Positions 8,076-18,002 of a stretch of DNA of 43,360 nt are shown here, piece by piece; position 1 is the stretch's first letter; every line of letters begins with the position of its first letter. The notes beneath the pieces are model-generated. The model ran no database searches, was not told the origin of the DNA, and worked only from the letters and a program-made list of their open reading frames with translations. Made by a program: the position numbers and the translations under genes. The stretch is from NCBI GenBank assembly GCA_022826305.1, contig JAJDVC010000071.1:1-43360 (forward strand), written 5' to 3'. The DNA comes from Gammaproteobacteria bacterium. GTDB lineage: Bacteria; Pseudomonadota; Gammaproteobacteria; Arenicellales; Poriferihabitantaceae.

Positions 8076-9050
8076 ATGAGATTTGAAGGTATCTATCCCC
8101 CGGTAATCACGCCTTTTCATGAAAACGGGGAGATCGACCATGACGGATTTGCCCGCATGGTCGAGCATCTTGTGCAAAGCGGTGTCCACGGGATCATTGT
8201 CGGCGGCACGACCGGCGAGTATTACGCACAGACGAAGGGAGAACGCATCGAGCTGATGCGCATTGCCCACGAGGTAATTGCCGACAGGTTGCCGATGATC
8301 GTCGGCGTCGGTGCAATACGCACCGAAGACTGCATCGAATACGGAAAGATTGCCAGGGAGACCGGCGCCGACGCGATTCTGATGTCCGCACCCTATTACG
8401 CAGTGCCGACCCAGCTTGAGCTGGCCAGCCATGCGCTTGCCGTTGATCACGCCGTCGGTCTGCCCATCATGCTGTACAACTACCCGGGCAGGACGGGGAC
8501 GATCATGCAGGATGCGTTTTTTGACCGGGTGGGACGCAGCCGGAATTTTTGCGGAATAAAGGAATCGACGGGAGACATCAATCAGTTGCACATGCTGGCC
8601 CGTGAATACCCGCACATCACGCTCCTGTGCGGCATGGATGACCAGGCCCTGGAGTTTTTCGCATGGGGAGCACGTGGGTGGGTCTGCGCCGGAGGCAACT
8701 GTCTGCCCCGCGAGCACATAGCCCTGTACGAGGCCTGTGTGCTCGAAAACGACTTCGGGAAGGGGCGGCGGATCATGTCGGCGCTGATGCCGTTCATGAG
8801 CATACTCGAGCAAAGCGGGAAGCTGATCCAGGCCGTCAAGCACGCCTGCCGACTGGATGGCCTGCCGGCCGGACCGATGCGGGAACCCCTGAAGGAGATG
8901 AACAAGGAGGAGAAGAGAAAACTCGAGTCCGTGCTCAGGACCCTCAAGCTTGCCGTGGCAGGTATCCTGTCGGAGAATGCCGTGGGCAAGTCGGATATTT
9001 CACCTGTTCAGGTAACCGGAGACAGCAATGTCATCTCTCTTAACTCATGA
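8076..9050 (+). CDS. Dihydrodipicolinate synthase/N-acetylneuraminate lyase family (class I aldolase/DapA-like) enzyme
   Basis: ATG at 8076 is preceded by GGAGGA. Motifs seen: GGTTGEY, YNYPGRTG and CGIKESTGD (Schiff-base Lys context). The GTG at 8025 was discarded. Confidence 0.85.
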   Translation: MRFEGIYPPVITPFHENGEIDHDGFARMVEHLVQSGVHGIIVGGTTGEYYAQTKGERIELMRIAHEVIADRLPMIVGVGAIRTEDCIEYGKIARETGADAILMSAPYYAVPTQLELASHALAVDHAVGLPIMLYNYPGRTGTIMQDAFFDRVGRSRNFCGIKESTGDINQLHMLAREYPHITLLCGMDDQALEFFAWGARGWVCAGGNCLPREHIALYEACVLENDFGKGRRIMSALMPFMSILEQSGKLIQAVKHACRLDGLPAGPMREPLKEMNKEEKRKLESVLRTLKLAVAGILSENAVGKSDISPVQVTGDSNVISLNS

Positions 9051-10554
9051 AGAATACCAGGCTATTGCCGGGCAGCTCGAGTTGCCCGGATGCGCCTATA
9101 TCGACGGCAAGTTTCGAAGTGCCCACAATGGTGATACGTTCGAATCCATAAATCCGGCCAATGGCCAGGTGCTGGCCAGCATCACTGCGTGCGGGCAGGA
9201 AGAAGTGGACTTTGCCGTATCGAAAGCGAGACAGGCGTTCGAGGACGGACGGTGGTCCGGCCTGCCGCCAGTGGAACGCAAGCAGGTGATGATCCGGCTG
9301 TGCAAGCTGATCGCCCGCAACGCACGCGAGCTGGCGGTCATGGAAAGCCTGGAAAGCGGCAAGCCAATATCGGAAATCGAGACCATAGACATCCCTGAAA
9401 CCATTCATTGCATGCAGTGGCATGCAGAGGCCATGGACAAGATCTACGGGCAGGTTGCACCGGGGCCGGATGATGTGGTTGCCATGATCGTGCGCGAACC
9501 GGTTGGCGTGGTGGCCTGTGTGCTGCCGTGGAACTTCCCGCTGATGATGATCGCCTGGAAGATGGCTCCGGCCCTAGGCGCCGGAAACAGCCTGATCATC
9601 AAGCCCGCCGAGGAGACCAGCATGACTGCGCTGCGTCTGGCGGAACTGGTCACGGAAGCCGGTGTTCCGGACGGGGTGGTCAATGTGACGCCGGGCCCCG
9701 GAGAACTCACCGGCCGCGCGGTCGGCCTGCATCCGGATGTCGACATGGTTTCATTTACCGGTTCGACGGAAGTCGGCAAGCTGTTTCTGAGATATTCGGC
9801 AAACAGCAACATGAAGCGGGTCGTGCTGGAGTGCGGAGGGAAGAATCCGTGCATCGTCCTGGATGATGCAGAGGATCTTGATGCCGTGGCCCGGCATGTC
9901 ACGAACGGCGCTTTCTGGAACATGGGGGAGAACTGTTCCGCAAGCTCCCGCCTGATCGTGCACGAGGCGGTCGCCGACGCGCTCGTGGAACGCGTACTGA
10001 ACTGGTTGCGCAACTGGCGGACCGGACCGCCGCTGGATCCGGCGAGCAGGCTGGGCGCCATTGTTTCGGAAAAACAGCATCGGCAGATTCTCGACCATGT
10101 CAAGTCGGCAGGCCAGCAGGGGGCAACCGTTCTCGCAGGAGGAAAGGCCATGGATATCGGCAGCGGGTTCTTCATCGAACCGACCGTACTTGCCGACGTC
10201 ACGCCGGACATGGCGGTTGCCAGGGAGGAAATTTTCGGACCCGTTCTGGCGGTCATCGCTGTGGGTGACGAGAGTCAGGCGCTCAGGATTGCCAATGATA
10301 CATGCTACGGACTGACGGCATCGCTTTTCACGGCCAGCCTGAGGCGGGCCCATCGCATGTCCCGCGCCATCCGGGCCGGCACCGTGACCGTCAACTGTTT
10401 CGGGGAAGGCAATATCACCACGCCCTTCGGCGGCTACAAGCAGTCGGGATTCGGGGGACGGGACAACTCCCTGCATGCCCATGATCAGTATACGGAACTG
10501 AAGACCATCTGGATTGATGTATCCGATCAGGATACGGGCGAGGATCCGGTATAG
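9028..10554 (+). CDS. NAD(P)-dependent aldehyde dehydrogenase (PuuC / semialdehyde dehydrogenase-like)
   Basis: 508 aa with WNFPL, FTGSTEVGK, catalytic Glu in LECGGKNP and catalytic Cys in GENCSASS. It overlaps the DapA-like stop by 23 nt. Confidence 0.9.
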   Translation: MSSLLTHEEYQAIAGQLELPGCAYIDGKFRSAHNGDTFESINPANGQVLASITACGQEEVDFAVSKARQAFEDGRWSGLPPVERKQVMIRLCKLIARNARELAVMESLESGKPISEIETIDIPETIHCMQWHAEAMDKIYGQVAPGPDDVVAMIVREPVGVVACVLPWNFPLMMIAWKMAPALGAGNSLIIKPAEETSMTALRLAELVTEAGVPDGVVNVTPGPGELTGRAVGLHPDVDMVSFTGSTEVGKLFLRYSANSNMKRVVLECGGKNPCIVLDDAEDLDAVARHVTNGAFWNMGENCSASSRLIVHEAVADALVERVLNWLRNWRTGPPLDPASRLGAIVSEKQHRQILDHVKSAGQQGATVLAGGKAMDIGSGFFIEPTVLADVTPDMAVAREEIFGPVLAVIAVGDESQALRIANDTCYGLTASLFTASLRRAHRMSRAIRAGTVTVNCFGEGNITTPFGGYKQSGFGGRDNSLHAHDQYTELKTIWIDVSDQDTGEDPV

Positions 10555-10714
10555 CCCTTGCCGTGCAGATCCGGTATGCAGGGTGCTGTCAACCAGGGTC
10601 CGGGGGATTGGTCGGCTACAGATGGCCGCACGGCTTCTTCCCTCACCCGCAAGTCGGCCGTGTCCTCCGGTCGCCAGCAGTCGGCGCGGCCGGAAATGTC
10701 ATGAACCGGAGGCG

Positions 10715-12055
10715 ATGGAGCGGGAAATGAATCAGGTGCTTGCCGCAAGGGAAATTCCCAATTTCGAGACGCGTTCCGGATGGTATGCAGTTCTGCCATC
10801 TCCGCCTGCCGCACGTCGGCTTGAGCAGGACGTGCATGCCGATGTGGTGATTGTCGGGGCCGGGTTCGCCGGACTGACCGCCGCGCGCCGATTGCGGCAG
10901 CAGGCGCCGGATTGCAGGATTGTGGTCCTGGAGGCCCAGCGCATCGCGTGGGGAACCTCCGGACGCAACAGCGGCTTCATGATCGACCTGCCGCATCATC
11001 TTCGAGGCAGCGACTACCGCGGTTCGCATGATCGGGACAGGCGGGAGATCGCCATGAATCGTCACGCCATGGATTATGCCCGCTCGATGGTCGGGGAGTT
11101 CGGCCTGCAGGGGTCGATCAGTCATGCAGGAAGGATAAGCGCCGCCGCAAGTCCCGGCGGGATGAAGATGCTGGAAGACTACGTGAAACATCTCGCCGGG
11201 CTTGGGGAGGACTGCACGGTCCTCGACACTGAACAGGTCAGGGAGATTACGGGCACCGGCTACTATCTGGGCGGTATCCATCTGCCGGGTTGCCTGGTGA
11301 TTCAGCCAGCGGCCTATGTGCGGGGCATTGCGTCGGCCCTGTCTGCATCGGTCGATATCTACGAGGAATCCCCGGTCGTGCGGATCCAGTGCGGCAGGAC
11401 TGTCCAGGCAGTAACGCCCGGAGGAACGGTGCATGCCGGGAAACTGATCCTTGCAGTCAATGGACACCTGGAATCCTTCGGCCTGTACCGCAGGCGTCTG
11501 ATGCACGTCGTCCTGTTCGCGAGCATGACGCGGGCGCTCTTGCAGAAGGAGTTGGGTGCCCTGGGCGGCGAGGAGGAATGGGGTATCACCCCTGCCCATC
11601 CCCTGGGGTCCACGGTCAGGAAACTGAAGCCTGGACGTATCGTGATGCGCAATCATATTGCCTACAGTTCCTCACCAGTCCCTGGAGGCAGCGAGCTTGC
11701 CAGGGCTGCCCGTCAGCATGACCGCGCGTTCCATGACAGGTTTCCCATGCTGGGATCGGTAACAATGGAACATCGCTGGAGCGGGATGCTCTGCCTCTCG
11801 GGCAATGACATGCCGGTATTCGGGGAAGTGGCCGAGGGTGTCTATGCCGCATGTTGCCAGAACGGGCTTGGCGTTGCCCGCGGCACGCTTGCCGGACTCC
11901 TGATTGCCGACCATGTGCTCGGCCTTGCAAACGACATGACGGAGTCCTTTCTCAACGCCGATGCGCCCCGCAGGCTGTTTCCCGAGCCCTTCATGTCAAT
12001 CGGCGCAAGCGCGCGCCTGTGGTGGGGGCAGATGCGGGCAGGCAGGGAAATCTGA
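10715..12055 (+). CDS. FAD-dependent oxidoreductase (DAO family, PuuB/gamma-glutamylputrescine-oxidase-like)
   Basis: DVVIVGAGFAGLTAARRL (GxGxxG) is followed by GTSGRNSG. The start is either ATG 10715 or ATG 10727 (MNQVL..., better SD spacing). The 10514 extension is Arg/Pro-rich and was discarded. Confidence 0.85.
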   Translation: MEREMNQVLAAREIPNFETRSGWYAVLPSPPAARRLEQDVHADVVIVGAGFAGLTAARRLRQQAPDCRIVVLEAQRIAWGTSGRNSGFMIDLPHHLRGSDYRGSHDRDRREIAMNRHAMDYARSMVGEFGLQGSISHAGRISAAASPGGMKMLEDYVKHLAGLGEDCTVLDTEQVREITGTGYYLGGIHLPGCLVIQPAAYVRGIASALSASVDIYEESPVVRIQCGRTVQAVTPGGTVHAGKLILAVNGHLESFGLYRRRLMHVVLFASMTRALLQKELGALGGEEEWGITPAHPLGSTVRKLKPGRIVMRNHIAYSSSPVPGGSELARAARQHDRAFHDRFPMLGSVTMEHRWSGMLCLSGNDMPVFGEVAEGVYAACCQNGLGVARGTLAGLLIADHVLGLANDMTESFLNADAPRRLFPEPFMSIGASARLWWGQMRAGREI

Positions 12056-12067
12056 AAGGTGGCTCGC

Positions 12068-13264
12068 ATGCCGAATACCGTGGAAACACTCGGCATGCTG
12101 CAGGCGCGCAAGATCGCCCTGCATGCCCAGCAGGTGCTGACACGGGACCGGTCGGGCAGGGCGATCGACGCCACCCGCTCGGCGATCCGGGCCCTGGGAT
12201 ATGTGCAGATCGACACCATATCGGTTGTCGAACGGGCGCATCATCATACGCTCTGGAACCGCAATCCCCGTTACCGGGCCGCCCATCTGGATCAGCTTCA
12301 GGCACAGGGGAAGGTGTTTGAATACTGGTCCCATGCCGCAGCCTATCTCCCGATCGAGGATTACCGCATGTGCCTGCCGCACATGGAACGGATTCGTGCC
12401 GGCGATGCGCTGTGGTTCAGGGCCGATCCGGACATCAAGCGCCAGGTGCTGGAACGGATCCGGGAGGAGGGGCCGCTGCAGTCGAAGGATTTCGGCAATC
12501 ATGGCAGGACCGGGCTGCCGATGTGGGAATGGAAACCTGCCAAGTACGCTCTCGAGACACTGTTCATGGAAGGTGAACTGATGGTGGTGCGGCGAAACAA
12601 TTTCCAGAAGATCTACGATCTCACCGAGCGGGTGCTGGATACCGGGGTGGATGCAAGGTTTCCCGAACCGCAGGAATATGCAGACTTCCTGATCGACCGC
12701 TTCCTCGGTGCGAACGGGCTGGGCACGGCAGCCCAGATCGGCTACCTGAGAAAGGGCATGACAAGGCGTATCGAGAACCGGCTCGAGGAGAGGGAGGTGG
12801 CGGGAGATCTTGTCGGCCTGGATGTCGCCGGCATCCGGTACCACGCCAAACCCGATGCGCTGGAACTGCTGGATCGCCCCCTGTCCCGCTCCAGGGTTCG
12901 CATCCTTTCGCCTTTCGACAACCTGGTCATCCAGCGGCAACGGATCCGGCACCTGTTCGATTTCGATTATCAGATCGAATGTTATGTGCCGAAAGCGAAG
13001 CGTCGGCACGGCTATTTCTGCCTGCCGGTGCTGTGGGATGCAAGACTGGTTGCCAGGATCGACTGCAAGGCCGATCGCGGGACGCAGACCCTGATCGTGA
13101 GAAACGTGGTACTTGAGCCGAGGCCCCTGAGGCGGGGGAAATTCTGCGAGGCCCTGAAACGGGCATTGTCGGAATTTGCCGTTTTCAACGGATGCGGACA
13201 TGTTCAGGTGGAACAGGCGCCGGATCGGCAAATCCGTGAGGCGCTGCAGGGCGCCGTTTCATGA
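12068..13264 (+). CDS. Winged-helix DNA glycosylase YcaQ/AlkZ family (DUF1006)
   Basis: ALGYVQIDTISVVERAHHHTLWNRNPRY...FEYWSHAAAYLPIEDY...FQKIYDLTERVL matches the family as I remember it. An ATG at 12068 lies behind GGTGG; a GTG at 12059 is also possible. Confidence 0.8.
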   Translation: MPNTVETLGMLQARKIALHAQQVLTRDRSGRAIDATRSAIRALGYVQIDTISVVERAHHHTLWNRNPRYRAAHLDQLQAQGKVFEYWSHAAAYLPIEDYRMCLPHMERIRAGDALWFRADPDIKRQVLERIREEGPLQSKDFGNHGRTGLPMWEWKPAKYALETLFMEGELMVVRRNNFQKIYDLTERVLDTGVDARFPEPQEYADFLIDRFLGANGLGTAAQIGYLRKGMTRRIENRLEEREVAGDLVGLDVAGIRYHAKPDALELLDRPLSRSRVRILSPFDNLVIQRQRIRHLFDFDYQIECYVPKAKRRHGYFCLPVLWDARLVARIDCKADRGTQTLIVRNVVLEPRPLRRGKFCEALKRALSEFAVFNGCGHVQVEQAPDRQIREALQGAVS

Positions 13265-13289
13265 AGCGTTTCGGGCGCAGGAGAGGCTG

Positions 13290-14171
13290 GTGAAACTGTC
13301 CAATCACAGCAAGGGGCTGCTGATCACCGGCATCGGGGTGCTGGCCATCAGCCCCGACGGCCTGCTGCTGAGACTGATTTCAGCCGATGTGCTGCTGATC
13401 ACCTTCTGGCGCGGCCTGCTCTACAGCGCCGGCATGGTGATCCTGCTGACGCTGTACTACAGGACGCGGATCCTGGATGCGTTTCTCGGCATGGGCAGCC
13501 CCGGACTGCTGATGGTCGTCACGTACTTTACGGGCAGCCTGGCATTCGTCTACTCCATTACCCACACGGCGGTGGCCAATACCCTGTTCATCATCAGCAC
13601 GACACCGCTTTTCGCGGCGCTGATAGCCTGGCTTGTCTTTCGCGAGCGGGTACCGCGCCGTACGTGGATAGCGATCGCCGTGTCGGGGGTCGGAATCGTC
13701 GTCATCTGTTCGGGGAAGAGCATCATGCCCGGAGCCTGGCTCGGCAACCTCGCCGGTCTGCTGACCGCCCTGTCGCTCGCTGTCGGATTTACGGTGGTGT
13801 CGAAGGCCCGGGAGCGCGATATGCTGCCTGCGCTTGCGCTCGGCGGCTTTCTGACTGCCCTGGTTCTCGAGCCGTTCGTGGAACCCTACCAGACGACGGA
13901 TCAGGACCTTTACTACCTGTTCATCATGGGATTCGTTCTGACGCCGGTTGCGGCCAGCCTCATGTATATCGGACCCCGGTACATTTCGGCTGCGGAAGTC
14001 GGGCTCATGATGCTGCTGGAGTCGGTGCTCGGGCCCCTGTGGGTATGGTATTTCATCGGGGAGAATCCCGGATCCCTCGTGCTGATCGGCGGTACCGTTG
14101 TCCTGGTCACGCTGTCCGTGCATGCCGTTGTCGGTCTGCGTGAGTCCACGAACGCAAAACCACCGTCCTGA
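13290..14171 (+). CDS. DMT-superfamily (EamA-type) transporter
   Basis: GTG at 13290 is preceded by GGAGAGG. The product is about 293 aa with roughly ten hydrophobic segments in two repeated halves, typical of EamA duplication. The upstream part of ORF 13176 overlaps the YcaQ gene. Confidence 0.8.
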   Translation: MKLSNHSKGLLITGIGVLAISPDGLLLRLISADVLLITFWRGLLYSAGMVILLTLYYRTRILDAFLGMGSPGLLMVVTYFTGSLAFVYSITHTAVANTLFIISTTPLFAALIAWLVFRERVPRRTWIAIAVSGVGIVVICSGKSIMPGAWLGNLAGLLTALSLAVGFTVVSKARERDMLPALALGGFLTALVLEPFVEPYQTTDQDLYYLFIMGFVLTPVAASLMYIGPRYISAAEVGLMMLLESVLGPLWVWYFIGENPGSLVLIGGTVVLVTLSVHAVVGLRESTNAKPPS

Positions 14172-14520
14172 CGGACTTCGTCCCTTTTGAAACGGGGCAT
14201 CGCATCAAGCCGTACGGACTGGATCAGCGTTCCGGATGGATCTGTGATCCGAGAGCCGGCGGACAGCGAAGCGGTGCGAATCCGTTCGTGTTGGTCAGGT
14301 GGTGATAGCCAGTAGACATCACAACTCTCCGTTTTGCCTGCAGGGATTGCTTGCCATCATCCGGCCTGCTGGAAGCCGGGCAGATATCCCGCATCAAACC
14401 TGCATGTGTCGTACCTCAGGCTGGCACGGGGGTGTGGCATGAAATGTTGCATCGGTCAGGAAAGCGGAACAGGCCACCAGAATCCGATTGCACATCTCTC
14501 GCATGGGCGGAATATGTTAT

Positions 14521-15366
14521 CTATGCCCTGGCCGTATAAAGAGATGGTTCCAGGTTGCACTGGTCCTGCAGATGACCATGCAGAGTGAACATCCGTGGCT
14601 TTGAGCCAAATCTGAAAAGGCGGTACAGGAAGTACTGGGACGGATTTTCCCGGGAGAACGCCAGTTCGTTTTTCGTGACGAAAAACGGCGTGTTCTTTCC
14701 GTATTTTGTCGTCTTCACCTCGATGAAGCGATCCTTGCCGTTCTCCTCGCGGGACAGGATGTCGAAGCCAGCCGATGGCCCCCGGGTTTCGGATACCCGC
14801 TCGATGCGGTCGGCCAGCGAGTCCCGGCCAGCCCGGATGAGCCTGGCGCGCTCGAAGTTAATGATGAATTCTTCGCCGGCGTTGCCGAGCCTTTGATTCC
14901 GGGCTTCTCTTTCAAGGTAATTCACACTGGCGGGATTGGGGATGACCGATGTCACTGATCTGGCCGGATCGGCAGGTCCCTCCTTCGGCGGAGGCTCTTC
15001 CATCGCTGACAGCCAGTCTTCGACGGAAGGAATAATTGGATCAGCGTCGGAATGGTCCTGAAATAGCCCCTGCAGCGCAGGATTCCTGTCAAGATACTGG
15101 TAAACCGCATCGGGCAGTATTGACCTCTGGTAATTCGACAGGGGCTTGTAGCCGTCAATGTATGGGATGCCCATCTCGATCAGGACGGCGCTGATATTCT
15201 GATGCTTCCGTTCGACGGAGCCATCGGAACGGTCGTCGAGCCGCTCCAAAAGGATACGCCGATGTTCGGTCTTGTTGAATTTCTGGCCGGAAAGCTCAAG
15301 ACGGAGCATGTCGAAGTAGTCTTCGACTGTCGCCTCAACTTCGGTTCTCGACCAGTTCCTGGACAC
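14521..15366 (-). CDS. DUF3883-domain protein (PD-(D/E)xK restriction-endonuclease-like C-terminus)
   Basis: 281 aa with a GTG start. The C-terminus reads GFDILS...RFIEVKTT...PFFVTKNELAFS...YFLYRLFRF, which matches the DUF3883 pattern. The N-terminus (W.RTEVEATVEDYFDM...SVERKHQNISAVL) resembles the head domain seen on some McrA/HNH-type restriction proteins. Confidence 0.75.
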   Translation of the reverse strand: MSRNWSRTEVEATVEDYFDMLRLELSGQKFNKTEHRRILLERLDDRSDGSVERKHQNISAVLIEMGIPYIDGYKPLSNYQRSILPDAVYQYLDRNPALQGLFQDHSDADPIIPSVEDWLSAMEEPPPKEGPADPARSVTSVIPNPASVNYLEREARNQRLGNAGEEFIINFERARLIRAGRDSLADRIERVSETRGPSAGFDILSREENGKDRFIEVKTTKYGKNTPFFVTKNELAFSRENPSQYFLYRLFRFGSKPRMFTLHGHLQDQCNLEPSLYTARA

Positions 15367-16104
15367 GGTGGACAGATCCGCTTCAGTCAGGCGGAAACAA
15401 CAGGGCTGAGGCGGTTGGCTTGGTCATGTATGTAAACACTATATCCGCTATATCCGCAGAACACGGCATTACCGCAGTGATTCCCACCAAGCATATCACG
15501 AAATGGGTTTGGCGAATCTGGTGGTTTGAATGGGGTTTTCACGGGTATGCGGGCAGGGAAGCCCCTCCGGACAGTGAGTTGAAATGTCTGGTGGTCGCAT
15601 GACTCCCCGAAGAACCCGGCCCGTTGCACATCCGGTCACGGTCGCCAGCTCGGTCTTCCGGTACCCGAACGTGATGGTCCGGTACAGGGTTTCCCATCCC
15701 CGGATGTAGAATTCCGTCAACAGTTCGCGAAATCGTTCCCACAGGCATTTCGAGCCGCCTGCTTTCTCGCGGGCTGTCCGGAACAGCGCGTAGCGCCGCT
15801 GCTGCATCCGGTCGATGAGGAAAGTCGCTGGACAATGGAGGCGGCCCACGGTTTTCCGGCCTTCTCTGACCCGCGACGAGCAGACCCATTCCGGGGTTGG
15901 GCATCTTTGGAGATGCGCAGGATTACAGCATTGGCTGGCGCCTGACACCACCAGAAACCGAGCTAGCCGCCGATCTTTCCTTCGGGGTGCAGGCTAGGCG
16001 GCGAGAGAGCAATGACACAGAGACCGAATAACATGGTCGGGTTCGAAGCACTCTTGCGACGGTAATGCGTGTGCTTGTCGAAGGGTTGGGGTAAGATCAT
16101 CGGC

Positions 16105-17398
16105 ATGAATGAAATGCCCTTTCCGAAGCCGCCAGCAGCGGAGCCGTTGCCGCTGGAAATCTGGCTGGACCGGCCGGACCGCGCCGAAGTCGGCCGGGAG
16201 CCGTTCTTCCGCGGACGGGACGCGGAGTTCGAGGTCTTTCGCCGGGCGGCCTCGACGCAGGCATGGTCGGCGGCGGCACGATGGTGTTCCAGGGTGCGGC
16301 GGGCGCCGACAAGTCGGCGCTGATGGCGGAGTGCATGGAGGCGGTGCGGCGCCATTCGACTCCCGGGGACCCCTGGGTGGCGGTGGCGATCAGGCCCGAG
16401 ACCCTGAAATCCGCCGTCGATGTCATGATGCGCCTGATCGAGGCGGCCAGTGCGGAGAGCGAGCGGCTTTCGCAGATGGCGTCCGGGACAGTCGCCGGGA
16501 AGCTCGAGAAGCTTCTGGAGGTCGGCCGGCAGTTCTACGGGGAGTTGTCGGCACGGGGCATGGGCGTGGCGGGTGTTTCCATGGGGGGCAGGCCTGAAGT
16601 CGGGGGTAGCGGGGGTGCGGACATTTCTGCGGAGCGGATATTCCGGGACGCGGCCCCGCTGCTGGGAGATCTCCATCTGGTGGTGCTGGTGGATGAAGCC
16701 CAGAACACGCCGGTATCCGACACGACCCGGGGGGTGATGGATTGTCTGCACAATCCGCCGGCAGGAATTCCCCTGGTGGCGGCGTTCTTCGGTCTGAGCG
16801 ATACCCAGGATGTGCTGCGCGAGTGCGGCCTGTCGCGGTTCGCCAGTGGGCGGGTGGTGACCCTCGATCGGTTGCCGGCCGGGGATGCGGCCAGCGCCAT
16901 CCGGAGTGTCCTCGACGCCTACGGCTTCACGGGCACGCCGCAAGACCGGGAAGTGTGGGTGAACGAACTGGCCGGACTGTCCCAGGGGTGGCCGCAGCAC
17001 GTCAACCGGGTGGCCGTGCTGCGGCCCGGGTGATCCGTGCCAACGGCGGACGGATCGGTTCGGGACATCTGGACGAGGCCATGGCGGCTGCGGAGGAATA
17101 CAGGCGGGAATACTATGCCGGCCGGCTTGCGGCCGGTTCCAGCCGGGCCTGGATCTATCGGGAACTGGCCCTGGCCGCCCAGGAGAGGGGCGGTGAATTG
17201 TCCCATGACAGGATCGAGTCACTCACCGAAGGAATGCGTGGCAAGGCAGGACAGTCGATGGATGATTTCCTGACCAATGCCCTGCATGCCGGGTTGCTGG
17301 CCCCGTCCCGGGACATGCCCGATCATTACCGGATCCCCATTCCGTCTCTCGGGGACTACCTGCGGGCCTTGCCGATGGATTCTCCATCACGGATCTGA
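16105..17398 (+). pseudogene. AAA/P-loop ATPase (AAA_16-like) disrupted by two frameshifts
   Basis: The sequence reads through three frames. Frame 1 gives MNEMPF...FFRGRDAEFEVFRRA (from 16105). Frame 0 gives ...MVFQGAAGADKSALM...LVVLVDEAQN... (16263-17033). Frame 2 gives ...AAARVIRANGG...LGDYLRAL (to 17398). Walker A reads GAAGADKS, with Asp where the GxxGxGKS Gly is expected. Confidence 0.6.
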
Positions 17399-18002
17399 AA
17401 CTTGTGCAGTGTCGGAGAAGGGTCCCTGCAGACAGTCGCACGACTCGATTGTCAGGGCATTGGGTGAATCCGGTTATCCCCTGATTATGTCGTTACCGGA
17501 TTTTCCGGAATCTGAGATCAACCGGTTGACATATAGTAAAAGATATTAGGTCAGGGTTGCGCTGGATTCATGTTCCTGCAGAAGTGCAACTCCCGGCCAC
17601 CCGGTCGGGTCTCCCAAAACTCCACGAAGTCCACTTCCAGATCGATGTTCGACTGATGCAATGGCGCGCTGTTCAGGAACCGGAAACACGCCATCCTGCG
17701 ACCTGTCCATGGCGCGGGTCGCCACCACCGCGACCACTGACCTGTACCCTGCGCATCCGCCCGGATTTGTCCTGCATCCGAATGATTGTGATCCGGTGTT
17801 CGGCCCTGTCCCTCCGGTCAACTCTCTCTGCGATTATAATCAATGGCGTGCATCAGCCAGGTATCCCTTGAACACATGATGTTCCAATCGAACTCTGCGA
17901 ATGCTTCCTGCGAAGAGGCGGATCATGCGGTTTACTGCATGAGTGCCATGTGTTACCCGCCAGCGTTCGCCCTCGAACCCTCTTTATCCATCGGATTTCG
18001 AC

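Noticed and set aside
10514-10714. Upstream extensions of several ORFs in the track (10514 for the FAD oxidase, 2494, 4653, 13176, 21413, 41578, 42794, 30035, 27177).
   Set aside because: The extensions overlap the preceding gene or are Arg/Pro-rich. Family similarity, signal peptides or SD sequences support the internal starts given in the feature list.
14270-14297. tRNA 3'-end-like string (agcggtgcgaatccgtt...ggtca) that could mark an att site next to the DUF3883 patch.
   Set aside because: The T-loop reads TGCGAAT rather than TTCGAAT. There is no complementary acceptor 5' strand, no CCA or proper discriminator, and no matching direct repeat elsewhere in the window.
15496-15951. 151-aa minus-strand ORF with a protein-like stretch (QQRRYALFRTAREKAGGSKCLWERFRELLTEFYIRGWETLYRTITFGYRKTELATVTGC), possibly an HTH-containing remnant.
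   Set aside because: I cannot assign a family. Both flanking parts are low-complexity, there is no credible start or SD, and it overlaps another ORF of similar length. At best it is a gene fragment.
17546-17830. Minus-strand pieces resembling a small ABM-type monooxygenase (..ITIIRMQ.., ..ACFRFLNS...DFVEFWE..) spread over three frames.
   Set aside because: The similarity is loose and requires at least two frameshifts. It is not supportable without a profile search.
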